A DNA stretch of 64,000 bases, taken from assembly GCA_025457915.1 (NCBI GenBank), contig JALOTL010000005.1, positions 68,852-132,851 on the forward strand, written 5' to 3'. The notes under the pieces were generated by a model that was given only the letters and a program-made list of their open reading frames with translations, was not told the DNA's origin and searched no databases. The DNA is from Spirochaetota bacterium. GTDB taxonomy: Bacteria > Spirochaetota > UBA4802 > UBA5550. Position numbers and translations under genes: made by a program. Positions 29,674 through 39,702 of this stretch are shown here, in pieces (position 1 is the stretch's first letter; the number at the start of each line of letters is the position of its first letter).

Positions 29674-30360
29674 TTATTTATATTCTATCCTGTTTACTGT
29701 ATTTCGCGGGTATTTTTCCTCTCCCAGTATGGTTTTGATGACGATTAAATTGTTCGAATCTGAAACGAGAATGCCGGATCTCTGCGTGCCGTCTATTAAA
29801 ACCACTTTCACATCATTGCTTGATTCGCGGATCCTTATGATTTTATTTACCGGAATCCTGTAGGTCATGATCTTGCTGGTCAGATAAATATCCCCGGTCA
29901 TCAATTCTATGCCGGTTATTATGCCGAAAAGCTCGGAATCATCAGGCATGTTCACCTCGAATTTTTTTTCGGATGTGATTTGAATCGTATCGCCTTCTAT
30001 GCTTTTGACCCTGCACTTGATGACCAGGTTCGTCCCCTTGAAGCTGTAATTAACGATCGTTCCTTCCTCGTCCAGCGGGTATGCGAATCTGATTGAATCA
30101 GAAATTCTTTTATAAATTTTACCGGTCGACTTGTCCGAAATCAGCAGCCTGGCGTATTCTTCATCTCCGGAATATTCCTTGATAATAAAAGATCCGGATG
30201 AATCGGAAAATTTTATGGCAACGGGTTTTCCGGCTTTATATGCTTTAACAAGCACCTTGTTTTTATCCATGTAGCTCTGGATAATGGACGTGGTTTTACA
30301 TCCCGGAAGAGGGAGTAATGCAACTGACAGGAAAATAAAAAAAATATATTTTTGTTTCAT
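29674..30360 (-). CDS. Hypothetical lipoprotein with C-terminal small beta (LSm-like) domain
   Basis: LPG-C lipobox; V.L.DG....G.....D...I.IKT..G...YP...V.RIEY. Confidence 0.7.
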   Translation of the reverse strand: MKQKYIFFIFLSVALLPLPGCKTTSIIQSYMDKNKVLVKAYKAGKPVAIKFSDSSGSFIIKEYSGDEEYARLLISDKSTGKIYKRISDSIRFAYPLDEEGTIVNYSFKGTNLVIKCRVKSIEGDTIQITSEKKFEVNMPDDSELFGIITGIELMTGDIYLTSKIMTYRIPVNKIIRIRESSNDVKVVLIDGTQRSGILVSDSNNLIVIKTILGEEKYPRNTVNRIEYK

Positions 30361-30375
30361 TTGAAATAATCTCCA

Positions 30376-31326
30376 TTAATATGTAATCGTCTGGGAAACT
30401 ATATCCTCCCTCTGCACGGTGACATTTCCAGATGGGGTCTGTATCATGTACTTCTGGCCCCTTTCAATGATCATGCCGTGGATCTGTCTGCCGTCCTTGA
30501 GTTTGATCAGGTCCAGTTTCCCGTTATTTTTTATTTTGATTTCCTGCAGCTTTTTCGTGAAGGTTTTTTCAGCTTCGTCTTCTTTTGGAATAATCGAATC
30601 TGTTGTTTCTTTTTTTACAGAAGGTTCCGTGTTTTTATCGCTGTTGATCCGGGTATCAGGTTTTGTTTCCCTGAAATCAACCGAATCCATTTGTTTCAGT
30701 TCGGAAAGCTCTTTCTCCTTTATACCGACTGGCTTGATTTCAGTTGAAGGGGTTATGTCCGCCTTTTCACCCCCCCTGATTCTGATATCATTTTCAAGTT
30801 TTATCAATTTACTCTCCGGTTCACCGCTCCTAGCAAGGGTGACAATCCCGCTGAGTACGCTGATGCTTGTTTTACCAGCATTCCTGTCAAACGATAGTGT
30901 AAAGGATGTGCCCCTTACCGAGGCAACAACGGTCGGTGTTTTTATGCTGAAATCGGATCCTTTTTTAACAAGTTTGCTGAAAGATGTGCCGTTTTCCTGC
31001 CGTAGGCCTATTTTATTAACCTGGATAGCGACATTTTCAATTTTCAATATTGTATTGCTTTTAATGGTCACCAGGGCCAGATCCCCGAATTGTATGACAG
31101 CAATGGAATTATCACCTGTCTTTATTATATCGGAGGGCCTTACTTCTTCACCGGTTTTTACGGTTTTACCGTTTAATAGAACAGTCCCCTGCGTCATAAT
31201 AATAAAACCGGTATCCGGGGCTCCTTTTTTGCAGTTAAAGCCTGTAATTAATACGGCTATGATTAAAAATATAACAGCTTTTTTATTCATGGATGATGAC
31301 TTGTTTTTCATTTTTTTCTCCGGCAT
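30376..31326 (-). CDS. FecR-domain lipoprotein (LipL45-like)
   Basis: GFN-C lipobox, IKTGDNS.A, IKTPTVVASVRGTSF, VLSG.V; C-terminal LKDGR.I.G domain. Confidence 0.8.
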   Translation of the reverse strand: MPEKKMKNKSSSMNKKAVIFLIIAVLITGFNCKKGAPDTGFIIMTQGTVLLNGKTVKTGEEVRPSDIIKTGDNSIAVIQFGDLALVTIKSNTILKIENVAIQVNKIGLRQENGTSFSKLVKKGSDFSIKTPTVVASVRGTSFTLSFDRNAGKTSISVLSGIVTLARSGEPESKLIKLENDIRIRGGEKADITPSTEIKPVGIKEKELSELKQMDSVDFRETKPDTRINSDKNTEPSVKKETTDSIIPKEDEAEKTFTKKLQEIKIKNNGKLDLIKLKDGRQIHGMIIERGQKYMIQTPSGNVTVQREDIVSQTITY

Positions 31327-31518
31327 CAGGGTGTAATATTTATTTAAAAACGCACTGTTGAAAAATCAACTCTAAAATAACGATTTTTGGCCCTGTCGAT
31401 ATTAAAATTTAAATTATTCAATTTTGGATAATATAATTTTAGAATAAAAAAAACCTGCCTGAATCTGCCTGTAAAGTTCGATCTGCAGATTTATAAGCGG
31501 ATGGAAAAAGAAATATGC

Positions 31519-32433
31519 TTAAATGGTATTACTGTCAGCTGATATCTTTACGCTGATTTTTACGAAAATATACGGTGCTAAGAATGTTATCCAGAATCCC
31601 ATCAGCCAGTTTATAATGAATCCGTTCAGGATCGTGCCGGCCAGTGCTTCGGTAAGTCCGAACAGAATCGCCGCAAGCCCGGAGATGCCGATCAGGGTCT
31701 TGGCCACCGCGAATCCGACAGATCCCCTCGGTTCGAAATTGAATCTGCCACCGGCTGTCAGATGACCGATGGAGATGCCGGAAAGCATGCCCATCACCAT
31801 GTTAAGATGATAACCCGGCAGAAAGTTGAAAACCAGAACCGGAACCAGGATCGCCAGGCATGGTATGACCACGCTCCATTTTTTCTGCATGTTTTTTTCG
31901 ATAAAATAAAGAGCGGCAGCAAGGACCGGTATTATCATCATGGAAAGGATCGCGCCGCCGGCCAGGTCGCCGGGGTAATGGACCCCCAGATAAATTCTGG
32001 AAAACGGTACAATCAGCATCATGATGATGCCGGTAATAATAACTGGCATGGACCTCAAGTAATAAATTGAAGACAGCCAGAAGGAGAAGGTGTTCTGGGT
32101 GTGCCCGCTCGGGAATCCGTATCCGCCGACGTGAGAGGAATCCCTGAGGGATTTAATTTCATGCGCAAGTTTTGCAGTGTCCGGTCTCGGGCTGGTGAAT
32201 ATTTCTTTCGCGATATCGTTGACGGCCGCGGAGACGAGGAGTACTATGCCGAGTTTGATCCCGGTTTTTTTGTCCCAGCACCAGTATACTATGGAAAAAA
32301 TGCATATAAAAAAAAGCTCGGCGCCCATCATGGATATGATCTTCATTGCTTGATCCAGCCATGGCCCGAGGTCCGGGTGCAGGATATTTATGGTTTCCTC
32401 GCTGAAAAGCGCTCCCTGGAAAAACATTTCCAT
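31519..32433 (-). CDS. PAP2-family membrane phosphatase
   Basis: K....PRP, GFPSGH, SRIYLGVHYPGD. Confidence 0.92.
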   Translation of the reverse strand: MEMFFQGALFSEETINILHPDLGPWLDQAMKIISMMGAELFFICIFSIVYWCWDKKTGIKLGIVLLVSAAVNDIAKEIFTSPRPDTAKLAHEIKSLRDSSHVGGYGFPSGHTQNTFSFWLSSIYYLRSMPVIITGIIMMLIVPFSRIYLGVHYPGDLAGGAILSMMIIPVLAAALYFIEKNMQKKWSVVIPCLAILVPVLVFNFLPGYHLNMVMGMLSGISIGHLTAGGRFNFEPRGSVGFAVAKTLIGISGLAAILFGLTEALAGTILNGFIINWLMGFWITFLAPYIFVKISVKISADSNTI

Positions 32434-32447
32434 ACGCAGCCGTTCCT

Positions 32448-33257
32448 TTAAATCCCGGATTTTTTTCTTAGTTCTTCCACCGGAAGGGTGAGCATGACCG
32501 TTGTGTTTATGGAGGAAATGATGGTAACAGCCCTGTTGACGTCCAGTCCCCAGTTTGCAAGGATCACGTCGATTTTGGCATATCCCAGCCCGAAACCTGA
32601 TTCGCTGGTATCAAGGTTGTCAATGAAGAACTCATGCTCCCTTCCCTCATCCTTGTATCTCTGGTGTTCTTCACGTTTTTTATAGATCCGCTGGAGGTCT
32701 CCGGTGAGAATCGGGGCGGTATTCGTTATCTCTATGTATATGAAGTCTTTGTCGGCCTGGATCTTGAGGATTATTTTTATGCCCCTTTCCTTAATTTTAT
32801 TTCTTATAATTGTGATCAGTCTGAGGCTGGCGATTTTTTCCTTATCTTCGTCAGTGAAAGGTTTGCCTTCTTTATAAGCCCGGTTTTTTATCGTCAGCAG
32901 TTTGGATTCCTGGTTGAGTATTTCCCGTACTATGGCGGATACGTCTTCAGTTTTCACGATTTCAGCCGCCAGTGAATCGAATTTTTTTTGGTCTTTTATT
33001 ATTTCACCGATTTCAAGTTCGATTTCAGAGTCCTTTTTGCCGGGGTTGTTGTTTTGAATTGAATCAAAGATGCCGTCTCTTATCATGAGGAATTTGTAAT
33101 TGGCTTTGACGGCATTTTTTATAAGTTCGTCGACGCAGGAAAACAGTTCGCTTGAAAGGGCCTCCAGTCCGGCCGCCTTTAGGAACTGCATGCCGGCCTC
33201 GATAATTTTGTCCCTGGCCTTGAAGCTGTAAGTCTGTATGTATCCGGTTATTTTCAT
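32448..33257 (-). CDS. Stand-alone HATPase (GHKL)-fold protein with helical insertion
   Basis: N-box DELIKNAVKAN and G2-box SGFGLG; no HisKA or receiver domain. Confidence 0.55.
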   Translation of the reverse strand: MKITGYIQTYSFKARDKIIEAGMQFLKAAGLEALSSELFSCVDELIKNAVKANYKFLMIRDGIFDSIQNNNPGKKDSEIELEIGEIIKDQKKFDSLAAEIVKTEDVSAIVREILNQESKLLTIKNRAYKEGKPFTDEDKEKIASLRLITIIRNKIKERGIKIILKIQADKDFIYIEITNTAPILTGDLQRIYKKREEHQRYKDEGREHEFFIDNLDTSESGFGLGYAKIDVILANWGLDVNRAVTIISSINTTVMLTLPVEELRKKSGI

Positions 33258-33464
33258 TTTTAATTCAAGCCGATGTATCTGATTGCGGCCGTATGATTAG
33301 ACAGCATCTCAATGAAAAGCGGTGTTAGCAATCTTTTTTTATAGAAAAGCGCCAAAATATATTGACATTATTTATAATAATCAGGATTTTGTATATGCCG
33401 ATAGTATTACTGAAAAACGATCGGCGGATGAATATTTAAATAGAAGCGCTGCAAGGAATCAAAT

Positions 33465-33533
33465 ATGATATACAAGAACATCACCCTCCTCGGTCTCCTG
33501 CTATGCCAGATTATACCCGGTGGCGGTTCTTGA
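33465..33533 (+). CDS. Leucine attenuator leader peptide (22 aa)
   Basis: MIYKNITLLGLLLCQIIPGGGS*; 5 Leu in 6 codons; AAGGA SD upstream. Confidence 0.8.
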   Translation: MIYKNITLLGLLLCQIIPGGGS

Positions 33534-33560
33534 TGTTTCATTGCATTACAAGGAAAATAT

Positions 33561-33596
33561 AAAAGGCCGTCACTGAAAAATGACGGCCTTTTTTTT
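33561..33596 (+). terminator. Attenuator terminator upstream of leuA
   Basis: AAAAGGCCGTCA-CTGAAAAA-TGACGGCCTTTTTTTT; the 5' arm can alternatively pair with GGTGGCGGTT (33519-33528). Confidence 0.85.
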
Positions 33597-33644
33597 CGAT
33601 TGAATGAATTTTACGTTTTAAAATTTTTTTCACGGGGGATCAAA

Positions 33645-35228
33645 ATGAGCGGCAATGACAAGATTTATATTTTCGATACTACGTTGAGGGACGGCGAGCA
33701 ATCTCCGGGATTCAGCATGAATATAGAGGAAAAGGTGCTGTTTGCCGAACAGCTCGTAAGGCTCGGCGTGGATGCCATAGAGGCCGGTTTTCCTGTCATA
33801 TCCGACGGAGATTTCGAGTCTGTGCAGAAGATATCAAGAAGGCTGAAGGGGGTCCAGGTGGTGGGACTGGCCAGGGCAAACTCGAAGGATATAGATTCCG
33901 CATGGGGGGCGTTAAAGGATGCAGAGAATCCCAGGATACACACATTCATATCCAGCTCGGATATACATATAGAGCACCAGTTTAAAAAAACAAGGGACGA
34001 AGTGCTTGATCTTGCGGTAGCGGCCGTTAAAAGGGCCAGGGGGTATACCGGGAACGTCGAATTCTCGCCCATGGACGCTACCAGGAGCGACCTTTCGTTT
34101 CTTGCCAGGATGGTGGAATCGGTAATCGACGCCGGCGCCACGACCGTCAATATACCGGACACGGTGGGCTACACCATACCATCCGAGTTCAGCAGGATAA
34201 TCAGGTACCTTTTTGAAAATGTCCACAACATAGACAGGGCCGTCATCTCGGTACACTGCCATAACGATCTCGGGCTTGCTGTGGCCAATTCCATAGCGGC
34301 CGTCGAGGCCGGCGCAAGGCAGGTGGAGTGCACGATCAACGGCATAGGCGAAAGGGCCGGCAATACCGCGTTGGAAGAGCTCGTCATGGCGATAAAAACG
34401 AGAAGCGATATCATCAATGCCAGAACGGACATCAATTCAAAGCAGATAATAACGACTTCGAAGCTTCTTTCCAGGATCACGGGGGTTTCGGTCCAGCCGA
34501 ACAAGGCGATCGTGGGAGACAACGCGTTCGCCCATGAATCCGGCATACATCAGGACGGCATGCTGAAAAACAAGATGACGTACGAGATAATGAGGCCCGA
34601 TGACGTGGGTATCGTAAAATCGAAGCTCGTTCTGGGCAAGCATTCGGGAAGGCACGCCGTCCTTGACAGGCTCAAGGACCTCGGATTCGAGATGTCCCAG
34701 GACGAACTGGACAGGTTTTTCAAATACTTCAAGGCCCTGGCGGACAAGAAAAAGGAGATTTTCGACGAAGACCTCATCGCCCTTATAAGCGAAGCGATAT
34801 ACAGGGACGAGGAAAAAAGGAGATTCAAGGTCCAGAACGTCCAGATATCTACCGGTATGTATTCCCCTCCGATGACCATGGTCACCCTGAAGGACCACTA
34901 TAACAACAACGCGGAGGTGTTCGAGGTCGCCCACGGCAACGGGGGAGTGGATGCGGGCATACAGGCAGTGAAGAAGATTACCGGCACCGAGGCATTCATC
35001 AAATCCTTTAATCTTGTCGCCATAACCGGAGGGTCCGACGCCCTCTCGGAGGTATCGGTTACGGTCGTCGAGAATTACGGGGGGAAGGAATTGAAGGTCT
35101 TCGGAAGCGGTGTGAGCGTTGACGTTTCCATAGCCGGCATTCTTTCTTTCGTTGATGCGCTCAACAAGCTGGAATATCTCAAAAAATACAACGGCATCCA
35201 CGGGGATGCCCAAAACGTATCTCTTTAG
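33645..35228 (+). CDS. leuA: 2-isopropylmalate synthase
   Basis: DTTLRDGEQ, HCHNDLG, NGIGERAGN, HESGIHQDG, C-terminal regulatory domain; start ATG 33645 after GGGGG SD. Confidence 0.95.
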   Translation: MSGNDKIYIFDTTLRDGEQSPGFSMNIEEKVLFAEQLVRLGVDAIEAGFPVISDGDFESVQKISRRLKGVQVVGLARANSKDIDSAWGALKDAENPRIHTFISSSDIHIEHQFKKTRDEVLDLAVAAVKRARGYTGNVEFSPMDATRSDLSFLARMVESVIDAGATTVNIPDTVGYTIPSEFSRIIRYLFENVHNIDRAVISVHCHNDLGLAVANSIAAVEAGARQVECTINGIGERAGNTALEELVMAIKTRSDIINARTDINSKQIITTSKLLSRITGVSVQPNKAIVGDNAFAHESGIHQDGMLKNKMTYEIMRPDDVGIVKSKLVLGKHSGRHAVLDRLKDLGFEMSQDELDRFFKYFKALADKKKEIFDEDLIALISEAIYRDEEKRRFKVQNVQISTGMYSPPMTMVTLKDHYNNNAEVFEVAHGNGGVDAGIQAVKKITGTEAFIKSFNLVAITGGSDALSEVSVTVVENYGGKELKVFGSGVSVDVSIAGILSFVDALNKLEYLKKYNGIHGDAQNVSL

Positions 35229-35256
35229 AAAAACGGCGCGGGCGGCAGCCCGCGCC
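35229..35256 (-). terminator. Intrinsic terminator between convergent leuA and the 465-aa gene
   Basis: GGCGCGGGC-GGCA-GCCCGCGCC stem with a T-run on the minus strand. Confidence 0.65.
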
Positions 35257-35264
35257 TCATCAGT

Positions 35265-36662
35265 TCAGATTGATTTTTTCCTGCCGCCCTTGAGCATGTC
35301 CACCTGTTTTTCGAATTCTTTTTCGTTCCCGGGCTTCCAGTTAGGGCCGTAGAGCTTCCTCAGCATTTTTATCGTCTCGCCCGGCGTCAAACCGGTATTC
35401 TCCTTGTGTCTTTTCCAGAAAGAATCCCACCAGTCAGGCGGTTCGAATTTCGGTCCGTCGTATTCGGTCGGCCTGGCGGTATTGCCGCTGACGACAAGGC
35501 TGCCGACGTAATCGGCGCGTTTGTATACCCTTTTTATCTGTTCTGATATTTCCTTTACATCCGCCTCCGAAACCTGTCCGTTGGAGGTGGCCTTGTAGAA
35601 TTGCACGGTTACCCGTATCGGGTACCTGTCGTCCCTTTCGATCGCGAGTCCGCCAATCTCGGTGAACGGGCCTTCAACCTTGCCGTGCCCGATGACCGCT
35701 GCCTCGACATCGCTCCTCGCGGCTGAAGGTGCGGATTTCATGTACTTGGACGAGTCCTCGCATGCCATTTTGAACCTCATGACCCTCTTCTGTTTCAGCG
35801 GCACCTGTATCAGCATGACCATGTTCATCCCGCTCTCGCTGGCGGCCTCGTGAGAATTGCCGGACTTGGTTTTTTTTGAATTCTTATTGTCCGCAAGAAA
35901 ATCACTGAGCCTTTTTCCCGTCAGCGACGCCCTTTCGCCCTTCTGGTTGAAGAACAGCCTCTGGCCCCAGGTCATTCCGGCCTGGAATGCGTCCCTCTTG
36001 TTGTCTATCACCGTGACGCTCGTGCCCTCTCTGGTCGCGAGAATCGTAAGAACGGCCGGATCGTCGCCGTAGGACTGGTAATTGAAAATCACCGGGTTGA
36101 ACTCGGCGATCCCGTTTTTGGGGACCGGCAGAAAACACGCCTGGGCGCTGACCAGCACGTGGGAATCCCTCTTCGCAAGCAGGGATTTTCCGCTGCCCTT
36201 CCATGTGGAGGGATCGGTCATGTATTTCCTGATGTTTTCGAGGTAGTCCCGGAGGCTGATCCTTGCCGGTTTCTTTCCCTTTTCATTTCCGACGAGAATA
36301 TAGAAATGTTCCGGGCTGATATCCGCGCTTTCATCACTGAAGTTTGGATGCCTTATGACCGGCATGCAGGAAAGGAAGTATTTCCCGGTTTTCGGGTCCT
36401 TCTGCTGTACCTGTATGGTCATATCGCTTATGTTGGGACCGACGCTGGAACCCTTGTATCTGCCGGTATCCTCCCATGTGACATTAAGGATGTTCAGTCC
36501 GAACTTTTGGGCCATTGACTGCGCCTTTGAATCCCCGACCATCGATGCCGTGTTCTGGACGACAGCCCGGTACCCGTCATCTTTTATCCCGGCATCTGCA
36601 GCGGAGAACACCGTACAGAGGATAAGCGTCAGGATGATAATTTGAGGAATTTTGTTTTTCAT
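35265..36662 (-). CDS. Secreted hypothetical protein
   Basis: Signal peptide (..FSAADA), AGGAG SD, 465-aa ORF; no family recognised. Confidence 0.75.
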   Translation of the reverse strand: MKNKIPQIIILTLILCTVFSAADAGIKDDGYRAVVQNTASMVGDSKAQSMAQKFGLNILNVTWEDTGRYKGSSVGPNISDMTIQVQQKDPKTGKYFLSCMPVIRHPNFSDESADISPEHFYILVGNEKGKKPARISLRDYLENIRKYMTDPSTWKGSGKSLLAKRDSHVLVSAQACFLPVPKNGIAEFNPVIFNYQSYGDDPAVLTILATREGTSVTVIDNKRDAFQAGMTWGQRLFFNQKGERASLTGKRLSDFLADNKNSKKTKSGNSHEAASESGMNMVMLIQVPLKQKRVMRFKMACEDSSKYMKSAPSAARSDVEAAVIGHGKVEGPFTEIGGLAIERDDRYPIRVTVQFYKATSNGQVSEADVKEISEQIKRVYKRADYVGSLVVSGNTARPTEYDGPKFEPPDWWDSFWKRHKENTGLTPGETIKMLRKLYGPNWKPGNEKEFEKQVDMLKGGRKKSI

Positions 36663-36846
36663 AATTGTATCTCCTGGTTTTTCTGAATATTAGATGAACC
36701 AGGAGCGTTACCGGTTCTCGTTTTTTCAGCCACCGGAAGAAAAACGGGCGGGTTTTATGATTATTCGTCATACTTAACAAAAATTAAGCTGTTTGGATGA
36801 TTTTTGCTTGATATTTAGATATTGTTGTAATAGAAGTGACATAATG

Positions 36847-36876
36847 TTGATCATTTTATTTAATAATTCGTATAAT
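36847..36876 (+). promoter_or_regulatory. Putative sigma70 promoter of recA
   Basis: TTGATC-18 nt-TATAAT upstream of recA. Confidence 0.5.
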
Positions 36877-36930
36877 AAATATGAACCGGGGATGGTCATC
36901 CCGGGCGTAAAAAATTCAATGAGGTAAAAG

Positions 36931-38001
36931 ATGTCAGACAAGGAAAACAATCAGAAAAACCAGGCCCTTGAATCTGCGATTATGCAGATTGAAAAGCAAT
37001 TCGGCAAGGGATCCATCATGAGGCTCGGAGACGAATCCACGAGGGTCCAGATCCCGGCCATATCCACCGGGTCGCTCGAGCTTGACATCGCGATAGGAAT
37101 AGGCGGTGTTCCCCGGGGCAGGGTTATAGAAATATACGGTCCTGAATCATCCGGAAAAACAACGCTATCGCTTCACATAATAGCGGAGGCGCAGAAGCTC
37201 GGCGGAATCGCGGCCTTCATAGATGCTGAACACGCGCTTGACCCGGGCTACGCGGCCAAGCTCGGGGTAAAGACCGAGGACCTGCTGGTCTCGCAGCCCG
37301 ACACGGGCGAGGAGTCCCTTGAGATAGCGGAGGCGCTCGTGAGATCCGGCGCCATAGACGTAATCGTGATAGACTCAGTCGCGGCGCTGGTGCCAAAGGC
37401 GGAGATAGACGGAGACATGGGAGACGCGCACATGGGGCTCCAGGCAAGGCTGATGAGCCAGGCCCTCAGGAAGCTGACCGGCGTCATAGCAAAATCCAAG
37501 ACGAGCGTCATTTTTATAAACCAGATAAGGCACAAAATAGGAGTCATGTTCGGATCCCCGGAAACCACAACGGGGGGCAATGCCCTTAAGTTCTATTCAT
37601 CCATAAGGCTAGACATAAGGAGGATCGAGACGATCAAGTCCGGCGAGGAAGCCCTTGGGAACAGGGTCAGGGTAAAGGTCGTGAAGAACAAGGTCGCTCC
37701 CCCCTTCAAACAGGCCGAGTTCGACATCATGTTCGATTCCGGCATCTCGAGGGCGGGCGGGATCCTGGATCTGGGGGTCCAGTTTGAAATCGTTAAAAAA
37801 TCAGGGACCTGGTATTCATACGGTGATGAAAGAATAGGGCAGGGCAGGGAAAACGCGAAGCAGTACCTGAAGGATAATCCCCAGATCGCCGGCGCCATAG
37901 AGCTGAAGATCAAGGCGGCCGCGGGCCTCAGCCCTGAAAACGGAATCCAGGAACCAGGCGAAACAAGGGAAGACAGGGAGCCCAGGGCTGCAGAAGCCTG
38001 A
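36931..38001 (+). CDS. recA: Recombinase A
   Basis: [35 protein letters not shown]. Confidence 0.99.
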   Translation: MSDKENNQKNQALESAIMQIEKQFGKGSIMRLGDESTRVQIPAISTGSLELDIAIGIGGVPRGRVIEIYGPESSGKTTLSLHIIAEAQKLGGIAAFIDAEHALDPGYAAKLGVKTEDLLVSQPDTGEESLEIAEALVRSGAIDVIVIDSVAALVPKAEIDGDMGDAHMGLQARLMSQALRKLTGVIAKSKTSVIFINQIRHKIGVMFGSPETTTGGNALKFYSSIRLDIRRIETIKSGEEALGNRVRVKVVKNKVAPPFKQAEFDIMFDSGISRAGGILDLGVQFEIVKKSGTWYSYGDERIGQGRENAKQYLKDNPQIAGAIELKIKAAAGLSPENGIQEPGETREDREPRAAEA

Positions 38002-38014
38002 TTCCTGCTGTTTG

Positions 38015-38773
38015 ATGAGACGCTCCAGTATAAGGCTCAAGACACCCGATGATATCGAAAGAATCGGCGAGGCTGGAAGGATAATTTCCGGAATATTCAG
38101 GGACATATCTAAAATGTCACTGAATGGCGTATCCACCTGGGACCTTGATTTTCATATCGAGGGAATAATATTAAAAAAAAAGGCCAGGCCGGCTTTCAAA
38201 ACGGTGGTGGGCTATAATTCCGCGTCATGCTTATCCATCAACAGCGAAGTGGTCCACGGGGTTCCCGCTAAAAAAAAGAAGATAAAATCAGGCGACATCA
38301 TTAAGATCGACCTGGGCGTCGTGCTTAACGGATATTTCTGCGATGCGTGCCGTACTTTTTGCGTTGACGATATCAGTGAAAATGCCAGGAAGCTTGTTAA
38401 AACCGCTTCCGAATGTCTCGGGTTTGCCGTCGAGGTCATGTCCCCCGGGGCAAGGATCGGCGACATAGGGTGGGCGATTCAGAGCCATGCTGAATCAGCG
38501 GGCTTCAGCGTTGTCAGGGATTACACGGGGCACGGTGTCGGTTATGCGCTCCATGAGCCGCCCGTGGTTCCCCATTACGGTATTAAAGGGAACGGTATGC
38601 CTCTCGAACCGGGACTTGTGCTGGCCGTTGAACCAATGATCAACGAGGGCACGTTCGAGGTCAAAACGCTTGATGACGGATGGACGGCGGTAACAGTTGA
38701 CGGCGGACTGTCCGCCCAGTTTGAACATACAGTGGCGGTAACGGAGAAGGGGCCTCTAATATTAACCGGATGA
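38015..38773 (+). CDS. map: Methionine aminopeptidase type I
   Basis: SINSEVVHGVP, IDLG..D, GHGVG..LHE, EPMIN, SAQFEHT. Confidence 0.95.
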   Translation: MRRSSIRLKTPDDIERIGEAGRIISGIFRDISKMSLNGVSTWDLDFHIEGIILKKKARPAFKTVVGYNSASCLSINSEVVHGVPAKKKKIKSGDIIKIDLGVVLNGYFCDACRTFCVDDISENARKLVKTASECLGFAVEVMSPGARIGDIGWAIQSHAESAGFSVVRDYTGHGVGYALHEPPVVPHYGIKGNGMPLEPGLVLAVEPMINEGTFEVKTLDDGWTAVTVDGGLSAQFEHTVAVTEKGPLILTG

Positions 38774-38783
38774 GCTGAAGGCA

Positions 38784-39575
38784 ATGAAAAACAAAAAACT
38801 CAGAGACGTTCAATCCGAACCGGATCACAGGAATATCCCGATAAACAAGGTCGGCGTCAAGGATATCTCCTATCCCGTTGTCGTGCTGGACAGGGCCGAG
38901 GGCAGACAGCATACGGTTGCCAGGGTAAACATGTATGTCAACCTCCCGCACCATTTCCGCGGCACCCATATGAGCAGGTTCATCGAAATACTCAACAAAT
39001 ACAGAGACGGGATAAGCACCCTGAACATCAGGGATATCCTGGATGAGATGAAGAAGCAGCTCGACTCTGAAACCGCCCATTTTGAGATCGAGTTCCCCTA
39101 TTTTATTACCAAGGAGGCGCCGGTCTCGAAGGAGAAGGCGAAAATGGAATATACCTGCACCCTTGTGGCCAATTCAAACGAGGATTATTATACGCTCGAG
39201 GTCAGGGTGCCTGTCCTTTCTCTCTGTCCCTGCTCCAAAGAGATCAGCAGGTATGGAGGGCACAACCAGAGGTCGTTTTTGTCGGTACGGATAAAAGCAA
39301 GGGATAAGATCTGGATAGAAAACCTTATCGAGGTAGCGGAAAAATCGGCCAGTTCGGATATATATTCAATCCTTAAAAGGGAGGATGAGAAGTACATCAC
39401 GGAAAAATCTTACGAAAATCCGCTGTTTGTGGAAGACATGGTGAGAAATGCCTCTGAAAAACTCATGAAAATGGAAGGCGTGCTCTGGTTTTCAGTCGAA
39501 TCTGAAAACATGGAATCCATCCATAACCATTCTGCCTATGCTCAGATAGAAATGGACCTCCGGGATAAAAGATAA
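38784..39575 (+). CDS. folE2: GTP cyclohydrolase I type 2
   Basis: GTHMSRF, LCPCSKEIS..G.HNQRS, KREDEK, FVED.VR, ESIHNHSAYA. Confidence 0.95.
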   Translation: MKNKKLRDVQSEPDHRNIPINKVGVKDISYPVVVLDRAEGRQHTVARVNMYVNLPHHFRGTHMSRFIEILNKYRDGISTLNIRDILDEMKKQLDSETAHFEIEFPYFITKEAPVSKEKAKMEYTCTLVANSNEDYYTLEVRVPVLSLCPCSKEISRYGGHNQRSFLSVRIKARDKIWIENLIEVAEKSASSDIYSILKREDEKYITEKSYENPLFVEDMVRNASEKLMKMEGVLWFSVESENMESIHNHSAYAQIEMDLRDKR

Positions 39576-39702
39576 TTTTTTACATTTGACATTAATTTTA
39601 TCTAAATGAATATTGCGGAAATCGATTTTAGCATAAATCCTGCCGGGTTATTGTAACCATAACCGGAAAAGGTGTTCACAATAACAATTCTGGAGAAATG
39701 AC

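Noticed and set aside
36780-36930. SOS box upstream of recA
   Set aside because: No recognisable LexA box; only a short GC hairpin (GGGATG-GT-CATCCC) of unknown meaning.
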